Below, piece after piece: positions 56,416 through 64,000 of a stretch of DNA of 64,000 bases; the stretch's first letter is position 1, and the number at the start of each line of letters is the position of its first letter. The DNA is from Sphaerodactylus townsendi. Taxonomy: Eukaryota. The stretch is from the NCBI RefSeq assembly GCF_021028975.2, contig NC_059434.1, forward strand, positions 88,846,001-88,910,000, in the 5' to 3' direction. The translations under genes were made by a program, and so were the position numbers. Under the pieces are notes generated by a model. It was not told the DNA's origin and ran no database searches. It worked only from the letters and a program-made list of their open reading frames with translations.

Positions 56416-58936
56416 GGCCGCCGCACCTGCCCGCAGGAGAGGAGGCGCCCCGTCCCGCGTGAACGCGCCCGCCCGCCCGCCCGCCGGCCGGAGGGAGGGG
56501 GGCAAGCCAGGCGGGGGCGCGCGCCGCCGCCGCCGCCGAGGAAGGGGCTGGGGACGTGGTCGCCGCGACCAATAGAGCGCCGACTTCCTCCTTCCCCTCT
56601 TCCCACCCCGACTGTAGGCGGGGCAAAGGGTACTTCCGGCCACGAGCCAGCCCCGCCCACTCTGGCCCGCACGCGCTCTGGGGACCTGCCATCGCGAGAC
56701 CCCCAGAAGAGGGGAGGAGGAGGAGGAGGGGGTCCCCCGTGCCCATAGTAGCAGAGGAGCCGTCGCCGGCAGCGCCCCTTGCAGGCCGGAGGGCGCCCCC
56801 CCTCCCCTCGCCTGCTTCCCCAGACTGGGGCGGCGGCGGCGGCGGCGGCGGGACCCCTCCCGGGGAGGCGCGAGGTTTGCCAGCCCCCCCCCCCCGGCAC
56901 ACGTGGCGCCACCCACACGTTCTCTCCTTCACCCCCCGCCCCAGGCCAAGACGCGGCCGGTGAACCGGGGGACCAACCCCCGGCCCGGCCTCTCAGCGGC
57001 GAACCCAACGGGATTTTGTGCAAGGAAGCCTCGGGGGGCACCGGCCGGGGGGGGGGGGGCGCCGCCTGGAAAGGACCCCAGGCAAAAGAGCCTCTCCCTG
57101 CCAGGGGTGTTGTTTATACGACAGGCAGTTGGGAGGAACCCTGAACGGTGCGCGACGGTCTGCAGCCCCCCCCCCCCCCGCAAATAAATGACTCCAGCCA
57201 ACGTGGCCAGGTTTGCAAGCCCGTCCTTTCCCCCCCAGGTGATATGTACACATATATAGTTCAGTGTTTTAAGCCACACACACACACACACACACACACA
57301 AAGATAGCCTGCACAAAGAGTGAAGCACGTTATATATATAAAATCATCTTAGCTAACATCCCTGATTAGGCTTAGAATTGAGTTTGCTGAAGATTTGGTA
57401 AACACAAAGGAATGCGAAAGGGGTGAATTAAAAGGCCATCGAGAAATGAAACTCAGGGAGCAGCCTGACACAGGCTCAGCTCTGAGTTGAAAGAAACGGG
57501 GCCTCTCAGAGAGATAAGGGAGCTAGCAATAAATAAGGAGTAGCAGAAGACTTAATTGATATAGAAACTTTGTACATGAGGTGTTTTAGACTCAAGTTAC
57601 ATTAAAAATATGGGATGAAAAGGTGTGGTAAAAGGTGGGATAAGATGACCAGGTCTGTACGTCTACTTGACTCAACCCAATGAGCAAGGAGCGGGGAGGT
57701 ATGTTTTTGTAATTATAAATTATGTTAAACAGGCAGCAGCTCTTTGAACCTCCTCCCTGTTGCTAACAGAGGAGAGTTCCCTCTTCTGCGCAGAATTGAA
57801 ACAATAAAACTCTGAACACTGAAGAAGCTTATGGATGGTTATTTGTGAGTAACCGGAGAGAGCCTTAGCTCTGAAAAACAGGGCCCTGCCCTGTCTCTAA
57901 CACAGGGCCAGTTAGTCTCTCCTGAGAGGTTGCCCAACTCCCCAGTATCGCTTTATCCCGTTGTCACCTTTGACCTCCACTGCATTCCGTGGGCCAAAAC
58001 CTTGCCTCACTGTCGAGGCCGTCCTGGGAGTTTGACCCCAGCTGCCGGGGGATCGCTCCTCTTCCCTCTGATTTCTTCACAGACCGGGACAGGCGATCTT
58101 GGCCCCTCTTCCGATCTCTCCTCCTCTCCCAAATCACACGGGCATCGCCCAGAGAGCTGGACATTTGCTTTCGTATCTAGAAGACTGGATCCTCCACCCC
58201 AAATAATTCCACTTCTCTGCCCTCTTCCCCACATAAAGCCTTTCAGCTGCAGGATCAACCCTGCTTCAAACTGGAGAAGCTCCGCTGCTTGGCTGTGGTT
58301 CCTATAGAAGTGGTTCCTATAACCCTAACCCCCCCCCCCCCACACACACACACACTATTTGCCAAATGCCTCAATAAACTCTGTTCCTTTTAAATCAGGT
58401 CTCTGCCATCCTCACCTACTGAAGACTCGCTACTCACAGCGATTCACCTAAAGGGCCAGTTTCCTGGAAACATGGAAGCGAATTCCCCATGTTAATTTGG
58501 ATCCATGGTCACTTCTTTTGTGCTGGGTGTGTGTGTGTGTGTGCTGTTGCAAGATTTATTTATTCATGCACGCCACGTTTATATCCCGCCCAATCCCCGC
58601 CACGTGCTGCCTGTCCTTCCAGCTGGCCCCGTCCACTCTTCGGAGCTCCACCGCTGCATAACAAGGAGCGGCTTTCACACAACGGGCGAGAATTTGAGTC
58701 ATGTTTATTTTGATAGCGAAAGCCTCCTCCGACCCACCCCCTCAGTCGCAGGCTGCCGGCCCCTCCAGCGCTGCGGTGGGCCCAGGGCCCGGAGCGAAAG
58801 CACAGGTGGGCTGGACACCAGCCTTCTCGCCCAGCTTGGGACACACAGAGTTGTTGTCGCCAATCGCACACTGCAGGTGTCCACACCAGGAACCGCCACA
58901 GTCCACTACCAAATCCAGGAGAAGAACATGATCTGC

Positions 58937-61900
58937 TCAGGGGATCCCCTGGCTCTGGGGCATCCCGTATTTCTCTGAGTATCTCCTGTGGAGGCAGGGA
59001 GAGTTCGAGGCAGCCGTCTCCAGAGCCAGGCTGTCTGCTGCTGTGCTCAGCCCCGGCCAAAGGGCAGGCCAGCAGGGGAAGGGGCAGCACCACACGCCCC
59101 CCGCCCCCAACAGCAGGGGCTGACGCTGGCCCAGCCTCACCTTCTGGCATAGTCAAAGAGCGTGCGCTTCCGGTCCTGGAGGGAGAGGTGCCTGGCCTCT
59201 GGGGATCTGGCAAAGACCCTGAGGGGCAGCTGCACACAACAGAGAAAGAAGGGAGGTCACCCCCTGCGCATTCTGGCTTTCTCCTCCCCCACATCTAAAG
59301 GTGGCCTGCACATACCACTGCCGGAGGGGGAGATGCAGGGGGCTGGGCGCTGGAGACAGACGGGCCAAGCAAGGAAGCCTCCTCTTCTGTCTCGCAGGGA
59401 GTGAAGGGAACTTGTCCCTCCAGCAGATTGGCGATGGTGGCATCCACGCAGTTAGTCTGAGCTGGGAGAGAAAAGCAGGCCCTGTGTGAGCGAGAAGGGC
59501 GGGGCAGGGGGCGGGGCTTGCTTCAAAAGCAACAGCTCAGAGCTGGAGGCCTCTCCCTTAATCCAATGCTCCAGAAGCCCTGAACCTGCCCACAGCCCAG
59601 TTCATTCATTCAGGCCACAGGAGCGCCCCAAGAGCCTTTGCCAAAGCGCAGCAGCAGCAGCCGCTGCTGCCTTGATTTCGTTTCCGCAAACCTAACTGGG
59701 GTGGGAGAAAAGGACAGGAAGAGGCTCATGGAAGAAGAGCAGAGTTGTGGCACGAGGCAACGTCACCAGAGTAATGTAGTCCAGCTCCTCTGCAGAAGAC
59801 TGACGTGTCTTGTGGAACCACAACCACACCACAGAAACTCTGCAGCTGACCAATGGGGCAGAGGCACTCGTGCTGGAAGCAGCAGCAGCTCCCAATACCT
59901 GGCGCTCGAGGCCTCTGCAGAGTAACTTCGCTTATCAGAACCAGCCCGGGTTTCCGCCGTCTCTCAGCAGGACCTCCCTGAGGACGCTGCTCTTGCAGAG
60001 GCTGGGTGGGCGGCAGGGCCAGAAAACGAACCGTCCCAGTTTCCTGGAGAGGCCTCAGCGCTGTTCTTCCAGGTGCCTCTCAACTCATTGACTACTTAGA
60101 TTTTATCCTCATGAGGAGGTTCAATGGATGTTGCTTTATGGGTCTCTAATGAAAACAGCCCTGAGCCAAAAATGAAACTGAAGTCTGACGGCGTCTCATC
60201 AAGGCAAACAAAATCTACTCCAGCATAAACTTTGATGAGGAAGATTTCACATCATCAGGTGTCTGAAACACAATTCGACGTTTACTTCTGTGCCACTGAT
60301 CCAGTGAGACGTGGCCTGTGGAAGCTCTGGGTGGATGAAGTTCTGTATTTAAGGTACCTGCAGTCTGTATAATTCTGTTGCAAAAGACTATAATGCAGTC
60401 ATCTTGGAACCCACTTCCAACACACTCCGACTCTGTCCTGCCTGCCCTGGGTTCTCCTCGCTCGGCCACGGCCAGAAGAGGACCGTCAGCCTCCCCTGTC
60501 AGTCACCCACCTGCAGCCTCCCCTGGCTCCCTTCCTGGCCTTTGCTCACTCACCCAAGTCCTTGCGAATGACTGCCAGGGGCACGTGGGGCAGGACTTCC
60601 TTGACACGCTGAGTCATGCTTGTCAAGCGCGTCTCCTCTGCAGAGGGCAGGCTGGGGTGAATTTGAGGCCGGGCTGCCAAGGGCTGACTCGGGACTGAAA
60701 GGTGAGCGAGAGGGATGAAGCACAAGTGGGCAGTCCCACCACCCTCTCCTGGGTGCTACATCTCACAGAGTCAAGTGCCACGTGACCAATATCCTCCCTG
60801 GAAGAAAGTGTTTCTGACACCCCCACCCAAATATGCTTCTATGACACACAGCACAGACAGGGGCTGCTGCTCACACAGCGTGCAAAGGGGTGGGGTGGGG
60901 CTGTGGGGCAGGCTGCCCTCGATGGGGTGGGGTGGGGGAGAGCTGCTCACCTGGGGCGTAGGGAGTCTGCGGAGGGCTGTGGTGCAGGCGCTTCAAGTGC
61001 TCTGCTTTGTCAGCAGCAGTGACTCGTGTCGACGCCACGCCCAGCTCTAAGGCCAGGAGCTGCAAGAGGCAGAGATTGAGGGAGGCCCTGCCCACAGGCC
61101 TGCTGGCCATCCAGACAAGCTCCTCCTGCCCACGGCTTCTACACCAAGCCTTTCCGGGGGGGGCGGGGGGGGAGAAGGTGACAGTCAACATGGCTGCCTC
61201 TGGGAAATGATCCTCCTGCCTAAATGTCCATCCTCACCTCTTGGACTCGCCGAGCCATCTCCTCCCGCGTCTCCTCAGCTTGTCTGCAGACCGAAGGGAG
61301 CCACCTGCGCAAGGCAAAAAAAGCCGAATTGATGGGAGGGCAACAAACAGACCTTGTGTCTCTGTGCTTGTGTGAAGGGGGGGCACCTTCTCATTGCTCG
61401 AGGAGCTGCCATTCCTTGGCAAGGGCCTCTCAAGACTCCCCCTCCCACCCCCCAAGAATCAGAAAGGATTAGTAGTACCTTACTTGATAAATGGTGAAGG
61501 GGACAAAGAGAGTCCAGAGCAGCTCCGTCACCCAGGAGGCATCGGCAGTGCTCTTCAGAGAGAAAGGGAGAGAAAACTGTGACTCTGGCAAGCAAGCAGC
61601 CAGTCCTCAGTCAACACAGCCGTGCCGACTCCCTCCACCCCCAGCAGACTCACTGCTACGTGACGCTTTGCAAAGGTAAAGAAGGAGCCAGAGGATGTGC
61701 CAAACAGGCGTGGAGTGACAGCCCCACCCCCGGGCCCCGGGAGCACTCACCACGGCAACAAAGGGCCTCTGAACTTGCAGGGCCACTGGCTGGACCACGT
61801 CCAAGATTGAGAACGGCCACGTGCTGAAGAGGGAAGAGCCTGGTCAGCCATGCCAGGGGCAGACGGCACCTGCCGCCTTCTGCTTGCCCTCTCCCTCCCA

Positions 61901-63453
61901 GCTCACCTGAAGCGCAGAAGGCCGGCTCTCCCGTTGGTGGTGGCTTCTTCGGGGAAGAGGAGCAGAGGCGGGTTGCTGCCCTGGGAAGAGTAAGCCTTCA
62001 AGAATTCCAGCAGCTCCGCTCGGCCCCCTGTGCTCCCCACCTCCAGGAAGCCCCGGGACCAGCAGAGGAAGCCGGAGGCCCCGTTCAGCATGGGCTGTGG
62101 GAAGAGAGAGGCAGATGTCAGAACCTGAAAAAGACCACTGGTCACCTGGCCACAGGTACAGGGAGCTCAGATGCTGCTGAACAAGGAAGAGGCCAGTGAC
62201 CGAATACAGTTGTGGGGTACCTGCAAGCCGCCCCAAGATAGCGGATGCCCTAGTTCTGACCCAACTGGGGAAAGAAGTGATTAAAGATTTCCCAAACGTA
62301 GCACAAAATGCTCAGGCAACCTTCTCAGGGGCAGCAGTGGCGTAGGAGATTAAGAGCTCCTGTATCTAATCTGGAGGAACCGGTTTTGATTCCCAGCTCT
62401 GCCGCCTGAGCTGTGGAGGCTTATCTGGGGAAGTCAGATTAGCCTGCGCACTCCCACACACGCCAGCTGGGTGACCTTGGGCTAGTCACAGCTTCTCGGA
62501 GCTCTCTCAGCCCCACCCACCTCACAGGGGGGAAGGGCAAGGAGATTGTCAGCCCCTTTGAGTCTCCTGCAGGAGAGAAAGGGGGGCTATAAATCCAAAA
62601 CTCTCTTCTCTTTTTTCTCTTTTGCAGGAAAGAGACAGGACGTGGCGCCAAAACAGGCACATGTGCAGGGTGGTGCTGGGTGAACCTAAGACCTATTCTG
62701 GGGACCCGCTCCCCCACTGGGGTTCTACTCACTGCGTTGCAAGAGGTCAGCAAGTTAATGACGTTGTGGTCGAAGTGCGTGACGTGGTTGGCTATGTAGA
62801 CGCGGGCCCGGAGGCCCCGCTGCCGTGGCTGGCTCTGCCGCACCAGGAGGCCCAGCACCGAGCACATCACCCGCACCACGAACCTGGAAGAGGTGCACGC
62901 CTCAAGCACGCCCGCCTACCTGTGCGCCCGCCACGCTGCCTCTGCGCAATCGCGACCCCGCCCCCCTCCCACGACCTGCCACCCACAGCCTGGGGGGGGG
63001 GCGCGGTTTCCCTGGCGGAGTCCCCCCCCCGCCCCGCGTTCCTGGCCCGCCTCCTCCGCGCGGCCGGGTTGGCTGCAGCGACAGCCCCGGCCAGACCCCC
63101 CCCCCTTGCGGGGCGGCCACTGACCTGCGGAGGGCGCTGTCCGGGAGGGCGCAGCTGACCAGGAAGACGTGGAGGCCGACGAAGAGGCGCAGCAGCAGCA
63201 GGCACAGCCCCACCGGCGCGTACAGCAGCAGCGACACCAGCAGCAGCCCGTCGCTCGGCAGCCTGCGAAAGGAGGGAGGGGGGGAGGGAGGGAGGGGTTG
63301 GCGGCGGCGGCGGCGGAGAGCGGGAGGGGGGCCCCGGGGCGGGGGGCGGGGGGCGAGGGGGGCTCACCGGTGCGCGTCGAAGAGGCGGTCGGCGCCCGGC
63401 GGGGGCGGCGCGGCGGCGGCGCCGGCGGCGTCGGGGGTCGGGGCGGCCTCCAT
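58937..63453 (-). CDS. AUP1: Ancient ubiquitous protein 1 (12 exons, 436 aa)
   Basis: Exons 63368-63453, 63125-63262, 62733-62883, 61907-62094, 61751-61823, 61479-61552, 61238-61304, 60951-61059, 60554-60694, 59316-59461, 59141-59229, 58937-58985; all GT-AG, total 1311 nt. Hydrophobic hairpin LLLYAPVGLCLLLLRLF, acyltransferase-like NHVTHFD and FPEEATTNG, CUE domain QRVKEVLPHVPL...DL, G2BR-like SPEARHLSLQDRKRTLFDYARRRY. Confidence 0.96.
62333..62610 (+). mobile_element. tRNA-derived SINE (Squam3-like) in AUP1 intron 3
   Basis: AGCAGTGGCGTAGGAGATTAAGAG...GGTTTTGATTCCC...AAATCCAAAACTCTCTTCT. Confidence 0.88.
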
Positions 63454-63667
63454 GGCTGCGCCGCTCCGTCCTCCCTTCAGGGCCCGGCCGAGGCCCGCGC
63501 AGCCCCAGCCGCCATCCTGGCCGCGCTTGCGCAGACGAGAGCTCGTTGCCTCTCGGGCTGGCCGGAAGTCGGCCGGCCTTTCCCAGCGACCACCGCGCGG
63601 CAGAGCCGCCCGGAACGCCAAGTCCCGCAGGGGACTTCCGGCCGCGGGAGGCGGGGGGGGGGGGAAG
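63454..63667. promoter_or_regulatory. Bidirectional AUP1/HTRA2 promoter
   Basis: Only 214 nt between the divergent ATGs. Opposed ETS/GABP sites CCGGAAGT (~63562) and ACTTCCGG (~63634); YY1-type AAGATGGCGGC over the HTRA2 ATG. Confidence 0.8.
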
Positions 63668-63948
63668 ATGGCGGCGGCGGCGGCAGGGCGGGCTGTGCGG
63701 GTGGCGCTGGCGGGGGGCGGGCGTCGGTGGCGCTGGCGGGGGGCCGGCTGGGCCTGGGCCTTGGCGGGCGCGGGAGGAGGAGCCGCGGCGGCGGCGGGGG
63801 CGCTGCTGCTGGGCGGGGCGGAGGCGGCGGCGGCGGCGGAGGAGGGGGGGAGGGGAGGCCCCGCCTCCCCCCGCGCCACCTTTAACTTCATCGCCGACGT
63901 GGCCGAGAAGACGGCGCCGGCGCTGGTCTACGTGGAGATCCTGGGCAG
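63668..63948 (+). CDS. HTRA2: HtrA serine peptidase 2, exon 1 (gene continues beyond the window)
   Basis: ATG at 63668, Arg-rich targeting-like N-terminus, hydrophobic stretch, then PASPRATFNFIADVAEKTAPALVYVEILG(R), donor AG|GTGAGG. Head-to-head with AUP1 as in mammals. Confidence 0.93.
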
Positions 63949-64000
63949 GTGAGGCCCCTCCTCCTCTCGCAGCGGGGGCGGGGGCTTCACAGGCCGGCCT

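Noticed and set aside
57330-57905. LTR-like AT-rich segment (similarly ~36790-37300 and ~37800-38660)
   Set aside because: AATAAA and LTR-like composition, but I could not define termini or a TSD.
59640-60430. Lower-GC, vaguely coding-like stretch in AUP1 intron 9 (retrocopy or snoRNA?)
   Set aside because: No recognisable protein in the frames read and no paired C/D boxes in the host orientation; would need a BLAST or Rfam search.

Overview
Vertebrate genomic DNA, most likely a squamate reptile (gecko-like CR1 3' ends, tRNA-derived SINEs, Rex1/Babar and Penelope-like repeats; species is an inference). The window matches the mammalian LBX2-PCGF1-TLX2-DQX1-AUP1-HTRA2 block. I reconstructed complete spliced CDSs by hand for PCGF1 (-, 9 exons, 260 aa), TLX2 (+, 3 exons, 282-283 aa), DQX1 (-, 11 coding exons, 744 aa) and AUP1 (-, 12 exons, 436 aa), plus HTRA2 exon 1 (+). 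The main surprise is an extra, intact 3-exon type IV (neurofilament/alpha-internexin class) intermediate-filament gene at 33168-41523, between TLX2 and DQX1, where I know of no such gene in human. It has its own CCAAT/TATA promoter, a 401-aa product with almost no tail domain and an unusually Cys-rich rod. Other points of note: a SINE insertion that appears to have duplicated a DQX1 splice acceptor, a GC-AG intron in DQX1, an HTRA2 N-terminus lacking the AVPS IAP-binding motif, a CR1 split by a Rex1 LINE and a solo LTR, and several candidate neural enhancers. There is one assembly gap (19306-19436). Most long ORFs in the ORF track are GC-rich artefacts.
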